From Oscillospiraceae bacterium (GTDB taxonomy: Bacteria; Bacillota; Clostridia; Oscillospirales; UBA929), in assembly GCA_031550325.1 (NCBI GenBank), contig JAVBOR010000018.1, positions 270 to 64,269 on the forward strand: a stretch of DNA of 64,000 nucleotides, given 5' to 3'. Shown piece after piece: positions 55,698 through 64,000 of the stretch. Both the position numbers and the translations under genes were made by a program. The first letter of the stretch is position 1, and each line of letters begins with the position of its first letter. Below the pieces are notes generated by a model. That model saw nothing but the letters and a program-made list of their open reading frames with translations, ran no database searches and was not told the DNA's origin.

Positions 55698-56477
55698 ATG
55701 ATGAAAAAGAGAACGGGTACGATCGAGTTTTTATGCCTGGCGGCAATCGCCCCGCTCGTTTGCGCCGCGATATTTGCGTTTTGCCCCGGCGTGAGGGACA
55801 GTGTTTTTTCCTTGCCGCTGCTTGGCCTGCAGAGCATGGCTCCCTCTCTCGCGGCGGTCCTGGTCGTTGGGCAGATCCACGCCGCAAAAGGACTGACTGC
55901 GTTTTTAAGAGAAAAGTACTTATCCGGTATCAGCCTGAAACTTTGCCTGTCCGCGTTTTTTACACCGCTTGTACTATTGCTTGTTTCAAAGACATTGGCT
56001 GTTTTTTTTCTGGAGGGTGATATTAAGTTCTTCCTGCCCGACGCGAGCAAAATGCTCATTATTCTTTGGGCGCTGATCGCCGAAGAGCTGGGATGGAGAG
56101 GTTTTTTGCAGGAAAGGGGGGAGGCAAAGCTTGGTCCGGTTCTTACGCCGCTGGTGGTCGGCGTCGTTTGGGGCCTGTGGCATGTTTTCTTTTTCCTGTC
56201 GGGGGCCATGGAGGCTCCGTTTTTCTGGCTTGTTCTGGGCTGTGTGTTTGAAAGCTACGGGTATTTTGTAATCACAAAGCTTTCGGGGGGGAATATCGTC
56301 CCAGCGAGTATATGGCACTTTTCAGGGAACCTGTTTATCCATATCTTTGGACTGAATGTGGCAGACAGCCATGGCGGCCATCTCCCTTACGCGGTCATGA
56401 CCCTTACATACGGCCTTTGTGTTTTGGGCTTTCTGGCCTATTATCGCGCGCTGCCCAGAAAGGGAAGACCCGTGTGA
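55698..56477 (+). CDS. CPBP (CAAX/Abi) intramembrane metalloprotease
   Basis: EELGWRG, WGLWH, WHF..N. Confidence 0.9.
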   Translation: MMKKRTGTIEFLCLAAIAPLVCAAIFAFCPGVRDSVFSLPLLGLQSMAPSLAAVLVVGQIHAAKGLTAFLREKYLSGISLKLCLSAFFTPLVLLLVSKTLAVFFLEGDIKFFLPDASKMLIILWALIAEELGWRGFLQERGEAKLGPVLTPLVVGVVWGLWHVFFFLSGAMEAPFFWLVLGCVFESYGYFVITKLSGGNIVPASIWHFSGNLFIHIFGLNVADSHGGHLPYAVMTLTYGLCVLGFLAYYRALPRKGRPV

Positions 56478-56607
56478 TGCGCCCCCCGGCTCAAACAAGC
56501 AGGCCCTTTCCCACCGCAAATATATTTTTTAGAGGTAGCCCGCAAAGCGGTAGTTTGGTACCATGCAGGCAATGTGTGCTGAGCATGACGGAAATGGGGA
56601 AGTCAAC

Positions 56608-57180
56608 ATGAACACCTTGGTTTTATGCGACAAAGAGGGCGCAGATTTCTGCGGACAGTCTCTTGCGGCGCGGATTGAGACGCTGGTCAGAAGCGCCGGA
56701 GGCGATGTAAAGACCGTCATGCTGGACGGCGACGCAATCGAGCCCTGTGTGGGCTGCTTAGGCTGTTGGGTGAAGACGCCGGGGTTGTGCGTGATGACGC
56801 GCGACGGCGTCAACGAGATCGCCGGACGCGAAATACGCGCCGATGTCGTTGTTTTGGTTTCCCGAATGACTTATGGAGGCTACAGTCACGACATCAAGGC
56901 GTTTTTGGATCGCTCAATCCCCAACATCCTGCCGCTGTTTGAAATCTATCGGGGAGAGATGCATCACAAGCCCCGGTACGAGCGTTTTCCGTGCCTGATT
57001 TCGGTTATGTACGGTGAGGCCACCCCCAAAGAGCTGCAAACCTTTGCCTCCCTAGCTGAACGAAACGCCCTGAACATGAGACCGCCGAAGCATTTTGTGT
57101 TCGCCTGCCAGGACGCCGGCGAGATGGAGCAAGCGATGCGCGCGCTGGAAAAGGTTTTGTCCGCACAGGTGCCGTCATGA
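56608..57180 (+). CDS. Flavodoxin-like iron-sulfur flavoprotein
   Basis: CVGCLGCW.KTPG.C, YGGYS..IK.FLDR. Confidence 0.85.
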   Translation: MNTLVLCDKEGADFCGQSLAARIETLVRSAGGDVKTVMLDGDAIEPCVGCLGCWVKTPGLCVMTRDGVNEIAGREIRADVVVLVSRMTYGGYSHDIKAFLDRSIPNILPLFEIYRGEMHHKPRYERFPCLISVMYGEATPKELQTFASLAERNALNMRPPKHFVFACQDAGEMEQAMRALEKVLSAQVPS

Positions 57181-57812
57181 CCGATATTGCAGCGATTAAC
57201 GCGAGCCCCAAGTCAACGGACAGCGCCACTAAGGCGCTCATTCGGCAAATCGGCGGCATGACCGGCGGCGAAATCCGGGTCACGCAAGCGCTGCAGCTTC
57301 TCGGCGACGAGAACAGGGAGGCCGCTCTGGCGGGGCTGTTGAGGGCCGACGCGCTGCTGATCGCATTTCCGCTGTATGTCGACGCGCTTCCTGCCCCGCT
57401 TGTCAAGGTTCTTACGCTGCTCGAGCGGGCAGCGTTCGGGGCGGGGAAGCTGCCGAAGATGTACGCCCTTGTCAACTGCGGGTTTTATGAGGCCGGGCAC
57501 AATCAAATCGCGCTGGACATCGTGGAGAACTTTTGCGCCCGCGCCGGGTTGCCCTGGGGCTATGGCCTCGGCATCGGGAGCGGAGGCTTTGCTGTCCAGG
57601 ACAAGAACATGGCCAAGGGGCCTGCCGCCAACGTCTATGCCGCTTTGCGCGAACTTGCCGACGCGATGCTGCGCGGCGGCGATGGCCAAAACAGGTTCGC
57701 CACGCCCCGGATCCCTCGGTTTGTGTATAAGCTCGGCGGGAACATGATGTGGTACCGAATGTCGAAGAAGAACGGCGTCCGGCGAGACCTCGGCGCCAGA
57801 CCGCATCTGTGA
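57177..57812 (+). CDS. Flavodoxin-like protein lacking the Cys cluster
   Basis: INASPK, FPLYVDALP, NCGFYE; ATGA overlap with the previous gene. Confidence 0.82.
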   Translation: MTDIAAINASPKSTDSATKALIRQIGGMTGGEIRVTQALQLLGDENREAALAGLLRADALLIAFPLYVDALPAPLVKVLTLLERAAFGAGKLPKMYALVNCGFYEAGHNQIALDIVENFCARAGLPWGYGLGIGSGGFAVQDKNMAKGPAANVYAALRELADAMLRGGDGQNRFATPRIPRFVYKLGGNMMWYRMSKKNGVRRDLGARPHL

Positions 57813-57908
57813 GCTCGGCGCCAGGAGAGGGGCGGTGGCGCGCGGCCACGTTCCGGTCCGGGGGCACAAGCGGTCACGCAAAATGCGGTGCAGAGGGGCG
57901 GATATCCT

Positions 57909-58826
57909 ATGGACAAGATCACCGAGAGAATACTGGCCGATTTGGGGGATACGGCGCTGCTGGACAAGCTGCTCAGCCTACCGGGGTCCGACCTCAACTC
58001 CTTTCTGCTCAAATTGTTTGATCTGCAGGCAGCCGGCGTGGCTCCCCGGGCGCTGCTGAAGGCATATGAGCAAAACCGCTTTGCCCTGCCGAGCGCCATA
58101 GACCCGGCGGAGTATCACAGGCTGGAGGCCCATCTGCTGACGCTGGCCGGACAGATGGGGATGAGGGGCGTCCTTCTTTCTCCGGCGGCGCCTGTGGGCA
58201 GCTGCTCGGCTTTTGGCTATGTGGCGCAGAACAATGTCGTCAGCGCTTTGCGGGGGAGCGAGATCCTTTCCGACCCGACGAATATGCTGGCCATCTATGT
58301 GGCCGGTCAGCTCAAGCGAAAGGCGCTGGACAACGAGACGCCGCAGTACTTTTGCACGACCGCAAGGGTTTTGCGGGCGCAGAAGTTCCCCGAGGGGATG
58401 TTCAGCCACTTCGGGCTTTTCTGCATCGTCTCCTCCGGCAAGGACAAGGGCTCCTATTCCTGCGAAAGGGCGATGCTCATCAAGCATATGGAGTTCTATA
58501 AACAGCTTCTGCGGGCTGAATCAGGCGCAGGGCTCTCCCTCGCGCTGCGGAAACGAAGCGGGTATACGGACGGTGACGGCTTCTTCACAAGTATCGGAGG
58601 GGTCATCCGGGACGAGCTGCCCGACGTTCCGATTTCCATCGATGAGGGCGACCAAGGGAACGGCTACTACAAAGGCGTCAACTTCAAACTGAACGTTGAA
58701 AATGACGGGGCTAGCCTTGAGGTGGGGGACGGCGGTTTTGTCGACTGGATACAGAGCATGACTGGAAACGGGCGCGAGCGCTGCCTGATCAGCTGCATCG
58801 CCATTGACAGATACATGCTGCTTTGA
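57909..58826 (+). CDS. Hypothetical protein with class II aminoacyl-tRNA-synthetase-like catalytic motifs
   Basis: RVLRAQ...FSHF (motif-2-like), YY.G..F, EVGDGG..DW, ER.LIS..AIDR (motif-3-like). Confidence 0.6.
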   Translation: MDKITERILADLGDTALLDKLLSLPGSDLNSFLLKLFDLQAAGVAPRALLKAYEQNRFALPSAIDPAEYHRLEAHLLTLAGQMGMRGVLLSPAAPVGSCSAFGYVAQNNVVSALRGSEILSDPTNMLAIYVAGQLKRKALDNETPQYFCTTARVLRAQKFPEGMFSHFGLFCIVSSGKDKGSYSCERAMLIKHMEFYKQLLRAESGAGLSLALRKRSGYTDGDGFFTSIGGVIRDELPDVPISIDEGDQGNGYYKGVNFKLNVENDGASLEVGDGGFVDWIQSMTGNGRERCLISCIAIDRYMLL

Positions 58827-58835
58827 CAGTCAAAT

Positions 58836-58867
58836 GGGGCAGGCAAACCGTTAGGTTTGCCTGCCCC
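58836..58867. terminator. Bidirectional terminator-like hairpin
   Basis: GGGGCAGGCAAACC-gtta-GGTTTGCCTGCCCC between convergent stops. Confidence 0.75.
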
Positions 58868-58898
58868 GATGGCGTTCATACGTAATTTGCGCTGCCCG

Positions 58899-61103
58899 TT
58901 AACCCAGGAGCTGCTGCACGGCTACGATCATTCCTGCAAATACGATCGAGACCATCGAGAGCAGCTTGATGAGGATGTTGATCGAAGGGCCGCTTGTGTC
59001 TTTAAACGGATCGCCGACAGTGTCGCCAACGACGGCGGCCTTATGGCTATCAGAGCCTTTTCCGCCCAGATTCCCCGCCTCGACATATTTCTTGGCGTTG
59101 TCCCAGGCGCCTCCGGCGTTGGCCATCATGACGGCGAGAACAAAACCGGTAACCGTGGCGCCGGCAAGCAGGCCGATGACGCCGCCGACTCCGAGCAGAA
59201 GCCCTACGACAATCGGCGCGATAATGGCGATAAGGGTGGGCAGAACCATTTCCTTCTGGGCTGCACGGGTGCAGATGTCTACGCAGGTGGTGTAGTCAGC
59301 CTCGGCCTTTCCGGCCATGAGGCCGGTGATCTCTCTGAACTGACGGCGGACTTCCACAACAATCTTGCCCGCAGCGCGGCCGACCGCTTCCATGGTCATG
59401 GCGGAGAACAGGAACGGCAGCATGCCGCCAATAAAGAGGCCAATGAGCACTTTGGGATTGGTCAGTTGGCCTTCGAGCCCTTGCAGGAGAGAGGCGGCGA
59501 CCACTGTGCCCTCATCCGCAATTTTCTCTACCAGAAGCTTCACCTGATCGATGTAAGCGGCGATCAGCGCAAGGGCCGTCAGCGCGGCAGAGCCGATCGC
59601 AAAGCCTTTGCCTGTCGCTGCGGTGGTGTTGCCCAGCGAGTCGAGCGCGTCTGTGCGCTCACGAACTTCTTCAGGCATGCCCGACATCTCGGCAATGCCG
59701 CCGGCGTTGTCGGCAATCGGTCCGTACGCGTCGGTGGCAAGCGTGATGCCGAGCGTGGACAGCATGCCAACGGCAGAAATACCTATGCCGTAAAGGCCCA
59801 TGTTAAACGCATTGGCGTCTCCGCTGAATCCGCCGCAAAGAGCAAAGCTGGCGAATACGCTGGCGCCGACAACCAGCACAGGGATGACCGTGGACTTCAT
59901 GCCGAGCGCAAGTCCGCCGATGATCACGGTCGCCGGGCCGGTTTTGGTTGTCTCAGAGAGTTTTTGCGTGGGTTTGTAGGCGTCGGCGGTGAAATACTCC
60001 GTAAAGTACCCGATGAGCACGCCCGCTGCCAATCCCGACAACACAGCGCCGTATACGCCGAGGTGTTCCGAACCCATGAGGAAGTAGATCACCGGGAAGG
60101 CCAGAACGGCGATGAGTCCCGCGGCAATGTAAACGCCTCTGCGCAGTGCGCTGAGAAGCACCTTCTGATCGGTGTTCTCGCCTGAGCGGACAAACCAGGT
60201 GCCGATCAGCGAGCAAAGAGTGCCAAGTCCGGCAAGGACCATCGGCACGATCGCGCTGCGGTACGGACTCATGCCGCCGCCAAAGCTGAACATGGCGGCA
60301 GCCGCGAGGGAAATGGTGGCGACGATGGAGCCGACATAGGACTCGTACAGGTCAGCGCCCATGCCCGCAACATCACCGACGTTATCGCCAACGTTGTCGG
60401 CAATGACCGCCGGGTTGCGCGGATCGTCTTCGGGAATGCCGGCCTCAACCTTGCCAACAAGGTCGGCGCCGACGTCGGCAGCTTTGGTAAAGATACCGCC
60501 GCCAACGCGGGCAAACAGCGCCATGGAGGACGCGCCCATGCCAAAGGTCAGCATCGCGGAAGAAATCTCAGTGATCTGCAGCGTCGGATTGGCCAGGTAT
60601 TCGGCTCCGGAAAAGAAGACGTACCGAAGCAGATAGTACCAGATGGACAGGTCAAGCAGGCCGAGGCCAACCACGACAAAGCCCATAACCGAGCCCGCGG
60701 AAAAGGCGACGCGAAGGCCTCTGTTCAGCCCTTCGCTTGCGGCCTGGGCGGTACGGCAGTTCGCGGCCGTGGCGACCCGCATGCCGATAAAGCCCGAAAG
60801 GCCGGAGAAAAAGCCGCCTGTAATGAATGCAAACGGAACAAACGGATTGAGCACTTTGAAGCCGTACGCCAGAACCGCAAGAATGATGAACAGACCGATG
60901 AAGAAGAGTCCCACGCCTTTATACTGACGCTTTAAGTACGCGTTGGCGCCCTTCCTGATGCTGTCGGATATACGGCTCATCACTTCGCTGCCCTTGGATA
61001 CTTTCATGACCTTTTTTGCCTGGAAAAATGCGAAGATCAGTGCGAGGATGGATGCCACCGGGGTAATGGCAAATAAGGCGTCTACAAGCTGCTCAGAAAC
61101 CAT
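58899..61103 (-). CDS. hppA: Membrane-bound K+-dependent (probably Na+-translocating) pyrophosphatase
   Basis: DVGADLVGKVE, DNVGDNVGD, DAYGP..DNAGG, GNTTAA (Ala variant), DTVGDPFKD. Confidence 0.93.
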   Translation of the reverse strand: MVSEQLVDALFAITPVASILALIFAFFQAKKVMKVSKGSEVMSRISDSIRKGANAYLKRQYKGVGLFFIGLFIILAVLAYGFKVLNPFVPFAFITGGFFSGLSGFIGMRVATAANCRTAQAASEGLNRGLRVAFSAGSVMGFVVVGLGLLDLSIWYYLLRYVFFSGAEYLANPTLQITEISSAMLTFGMGASSMALFARVGGGIFTKAADVGADLVGKVEAGIPEDDPRNPAVIADNVGDNVGDVAGMGADLYESYVGSIVATISLAAAAMFSFGGGMSPYRSAIVPMVLAGLGTLCSLIGTWFVRSGENTDQKVLLSALRRGVYIAAGLIAVLAFPVIYFLMGSEHLGVYGAVLSGLAAGVLIGYFTEYFTADAYKPTQKLSETTKTGPATVIIGGLALGMKSTVIPVLVVGASVFASFALCGGFSGDANAFNMGLYGIGISAVGMLSTLGITLATDAYGPIADNAGGIAEMSGMPEEVRERTDALDSLGNTTAATGKGFAIGSAALTALALIAAYIDQVKLLVEKIADEGTVVAASLLQGLEGQLTNPKVLIGLFIGGMLPFLFSAMTMEAVGRAAGKIVVEVRRQFREITGLMAGKAEADYTTCVDICTRAAQKEMVLPTLIAIIAPIVVGLLLGVGGVIGLLAGATVTGFVLAVMMANAGGAWDNAKKYVEAGNLGGKGSDSHKAAVVGDTVGDPFKDTSGPSINILIKLLSMVSIVFAGMIVAVQQLLG

Positions 61104-61320
61104 ACATCTCTCTCCCTATGTTTTTTTTAGGAATGACCAAAAATCCCCTACTTATTATACATACAATAATTTGAAAAGCAAGGGCAAATTTGAACAAACT
61201 GTGAATTGGGCTAAAATTCTGGCCCTGCCGCGCTTTTTGCGCCCTGCCGCACTTTTTGCGCCACGCCGCGCCCTGAAAAGAGTAAAAAACGGGGAAAGGG
61301 TTTCACTGAAAAGTCAACCG

Positions 61321-61349
61321 TTGTCATCCGGTCGCCCGCGATGTATAAT
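61321..61349 (+). promoter_or_regulatory. sigA promoter
   Basis: TTGTCA-17bp-TATAAT with extended TG. Confidence 0.75.
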
Positions 61350-61400
61350 GAACTCTATGAAGCAAAGCCGCACAGTATGATCGAAAAGGAGCTGCTGATC

Positions 61401-62837
61401 ATGGCGATGAAACCCTTTGCACTGGATTACGATCCCGGGAGCATAGAGGCGGGCATTCTGCATTTTGGGGTTGGAAATTTCCACAGGGCGCATCAGGCAT
61501 ACTATACAAACAAGCTTCTCTCACAGGACGGCCAGAAGGGCTGGGGCATATGCGGCGCCATGATTCTGGACAGAGACGAAAAAATATTTCGCGGGCTCAA
61601 GGCGCAGGGCGGGCAATATGGCCTGACCGTTTTTGGGCGTTCGGGAGACGACGAGTACCATCAGATCGGCGCCCTGACGGAACTGTACTGGGCCGGGGAA
61701 AATGCGGCAGCCATCATCGATAAGGTGGCGGAAGCTTCGATAAAGATCATCACCCTCACGATTACCGAGGGCGGCTACAATCTCGCGGGCGGGACCGGAG
61801 AGTTTGATTTTTCCCGCGAGGACATTCTTTACGATTTGAGGTTCCCCGAAAGACCGCGGACTGTCTTTGGCTATGTTGCGGCCGGGCTGCGCAAAAGGAT
61901 GGAGGCAAACGCCGGGCCGGTTGCCATCCTGAGCTGCGACAACCTTGTGCACAACGGGAACACCTGCAAGAAGTCGTTTCTCTCGTTTTTGGAGAGGGCC
62001 GACGCGCTGCTCTGGAGTTGGGCAAAGGAGCATGTCAGCTTCCCGAACTGCATGGTCGACCGCATCACGCCCGCGACCCTGCCGGACGACATCTCCAAGT
62101 TCTCTTCGCTGAACGGACACGAGGATCTTGTCCCTGTGTACTGCGAGGATTATGTGCAATGGGTGATCGAGGACGATTTTCCCGCCGGGCGGCCTGCCTG
62201 GGAGCGCGTCGGGGTTGAGTTTACCGACGACGTGTCGAAATATGAGTCCATGAAGCTGGGATATGTCAACTCCACACACCAAATGCTGTCGTTTCCAGGG
62301 CTTCTGGCGGGTTACCGCAGAGTGGACGAGGCCCTTGACGATAAGCGTATTGCCTCCTATTTGCGGCGGTACATGGACGAGGATGTGACGCCCTATCTGG
62401 CACCGCCGCCGAACACCAGCCTGGACACGTATAAGGCGACTTTTATGGAGCGCCTGAAGAACAAAGCAGTCAGCGACCAGCTCTCCCGGCTTTGCTTTGA
62501 CGCCGCCAATAAAATCCCGGTGTACATGGCGCCGACCATGAGCGCCATGCTTCGTGCCGGCGCGGAGCTGAAGCGCGTCGCGTTTTTGGTGGCCGCTTAT
62601 CGGTTGTATCTGCGCCGGGGCAGTGACGACAAAGGCGTTGCCTATGCGGTGGACGATCCCAAACTCACGAAAAGCGATTGGGTGCTGATTGGCGGGGACG
62701 AGCAGGACTTTCTGGGCCTGTCCTGCTTTGGCGGCCTGCGGCTGGCGGACTCGCCGCGTTTCGTAGCGCTCTATCTGGAAAGCTGCCAAAGCGTCGAGGA
62801 AAAGGGCGTTCTGGCGACAATCGAGGGACTTTTATAG
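61401..62837 (+). CDS. Mannitol dehydrogenase family (mannitol 2-DH/fructuronate reductase-like)
   Basis: HFGVGNFHRAHQA, TITEGGY, SCDN, MVDRITP, QWVIEDDF. Confidence 0.92.
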   Translation: MAMKPFALDYDPGSIEAGILHFGVGNFHRAHQAYYTNKLLSQDGQKGWGICGAMILDRDEKIFRGLKAQGGQYGLTVFGRSGDDEYHQIGALTELYWAGENAAAIIDKVAEASIKIITLTITEGGYNLAGGTGEFDFSREDILYDLRFPERPRTVFGYVAAGLRKRMEANAGPVAILSCDNLVHNGNTCKKSFLSFLERADALLWSWAKEHVSFPNCMVDRITPATLPDDISKFSSLNGHEDLVPVYCEDYVQWVIEDDFPAGRPAWERVGVEFTDDVSKYESMKLGYVNSTHQMLSFPGLLAGYRRVDEALDDKRIASYLRRYMDEDVTPYLAPPPNTSLDTYKATFMERLKNKAVSDQLSRLCFDAANKIPVYMAPTMSAMLRAGAELKRVAFLVAAYRLYLRRGSDDKGVAYAVDDPKLTKSDWVLIGGDEQDFLGLSCFGGLRLADSPRFVALYLESCQSVEEKGVLATIEGLL

Positions 62838-63200
62838 TTTGTCAAAGAACCCGCGGTTCTTTGACAAAACGAGAGCCGGATCAAACCACTGCGGCGGTTT
62901 GAAGGGAAACGGTTTTGAGGAATTAATTCCCGAAACCGTTGTGGTTCATATTCTTCCTGGATTCAGTCCAGCAAGAACCTGCCGCCTGCGGCTTCAGGCT
63001 TGACGTGAATCCAGAAAAAAGACGAAGGCGTAAAGTGCTTTCTTGACAGTCTGATCAAACCGCTTCGGCGGTTTGCAAAGAAAGGCTTTCCCGGAGTGAA
63101 TCCGTGAAAGCCTTTTGTTTCAATTCTTTGCGTAAACCCAGTTGGGCAAGGGCCTGCCGGCTGGTGCCGTCAGGCCCTGACATGAAAACCGAAAAAGGAA
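62838..63200 (+). repeat. Full hairpin element (62840-63048) plus tandem R-Q-S copy
   Basis: Begins 2 nt after the stop; high identity to 39103-39312 by eye. Confidence 0.92.
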
Positions 63201-63280
63201 CGGGAGCGCGGGGCTTTTTACCCGCTGGGCAGGCCACGCGGCTGCTCAGGCTCTCGGCCATAACGATGGGGAGGGACAAC

Positions 63281-64000
63281 ATGCGTCAGTGGAATTATTT
63301 GTTTGATGTGCCGGAGTCCAAAAAAGTGCGAATTATTGTCCACACGGACTGCAAGAATGAGGCCGACGACCAGTTTGCTCTGGCGCATCATGTCATGACG
63401 CCAAAGTTTATTGTCAAGGGAATTGTCGCCGGCCACTTTGACGGAAACCCGCAGGAATACGGCCCGGGGAAAACCGCCCAGGCCAGTTTGGATGAGGTAC
63501 ACAAGGTGCTGGCGCTCATGGGCGTCCCGTGGGATCTGCCCGGTGGTCAAGGGCGCCGAGACCGGGCTGAGGGACGAGAGTACCCCCATTCGTTCCGAAG
63601 GGGCATCGCTGATCATTGCCGAGGCGCTGAGCGCGGATGAGCGGCCGCTTTTTGTCGCGATGCAGGGCGCTTTGACCGACCTCGCGGCGGCCATTTTGAT
63701 CGAGCCCTCTATCTGCGGCAGGATGACCGCGATTTGGATCGGCGGCGGGCAGTACCCCGAGGGCGGGGCAGAGTTCAATCTGAGCCAGGACATCGCGGCT
63801 GCCAACGTGGTGATGAAATCGGGCATGGCCCTGTGGCAGGTGCCGAAGAATGTTTACAAACAAATGGCAGTTTCTTTGGCAGAGCTCCAGAACCGCGTGA
63901 TGCCGTGCGGAAAAATCGGTCGCTACTTATTCACGCAGATGGTCGAGTTCAACCGCAAATACGCCGGTATCGCCCATTGGCCGCACGGCGAAATGTGGGG
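63281..64000 (+). pseudogene. Nucleoside hydrolase (IUNH family) with a +1 frameshift near 63527-63530; runs off window end
   Basis: TDCKNEADD motif in the first frame; continues as GICPVVKGAE...GALTDLA...IWIGGG...EFNL in the +1 frame. Confidence 0.8.

Noticed and set aside
14534-63200. Repeats as a CRISPR array
   Set aside because: Copies are dispersed, in both orientations, about 200 nt long and not separated by regular unique spacers; no cas genes.
26041-63200. Repeats as integron attC sites bounding gene cassettes
   Set aside because: No integron integrase, no RYYYAAC/GTTRRRY boxes, and many adjacent genes have no repeat between them.
63104-63280. N-terminal extension of the nucleoside hydrolase ORF, and other short ORFs over repeats (25689-26273, 39071-39417, 14578-14805)
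   Set aside because: They translate repeat DNA; the real start with an RBS is at 63281.
1-64000. tRNA, rRNA, T-box, selenocysteine or pyrrolysine recoding signals
   Set aside because: No cloverleaf or rRNA-like segments, and no in-frame stop interrupting a conserved domain was noticed.

Overview
64 kb of chromosome from a spore-forming anaerobic Clostridia-like (Bacillota) bacterium; the taxon is inferred from the csp/sleC genes and the APKTGD sorting signal plus class B sortase. In order: (1) 3' end of a sortase-anchored protein, Crp/Fnr regulator and SrtB; (2) a spore germination locus with two Csp subtilases, a small Pro-rich protein between them and a divergent sleC; (3) a luxE/luxC-like acyl-reductase pair and a Schlafen/AlbA_2 ATPase; (4) a collapsed mobile-element fossil at about 12.4-14.4 kb (type III restriction fragment cut by an IS21 end, truncated istB, 30-aa Rep fragment, serine-recombinase tail); (5) a LacI-controlled 8-gene polyol operon mixing tetritol (DthD/EltD/DhaKL/RpiB-like) and apiose-type (FGGY kinase plus split transketolase) enzymes; (6) an orphan gene coupled to a Zn-ribbon/RES-domain protein; (7) a large secreted esterase, ABC/MFS transporters, an alkylation-repair trio, a FIST plus hybrid kinase pair, Ktr/Trk K+ uptake, many small accessory enzymes, a class II aaRS-like orphan, a Na+-type pyrophosphatase, a mannitol dehydrogenase and a frameshifted nucleoside hydrolase. 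The most striking unexplained signal is non-coding: a modular, about 200-nt, four-hairpin intergenic element with about 16 full or partial copies at 13 loci. It shows compensatory base changes, terminal inverted repeats and a bias toward sitting just after stop codons in the sense orientation. No rRNA, tRNA or CRISPR array was seen. All assignments come from reading motifs; no database search was run.
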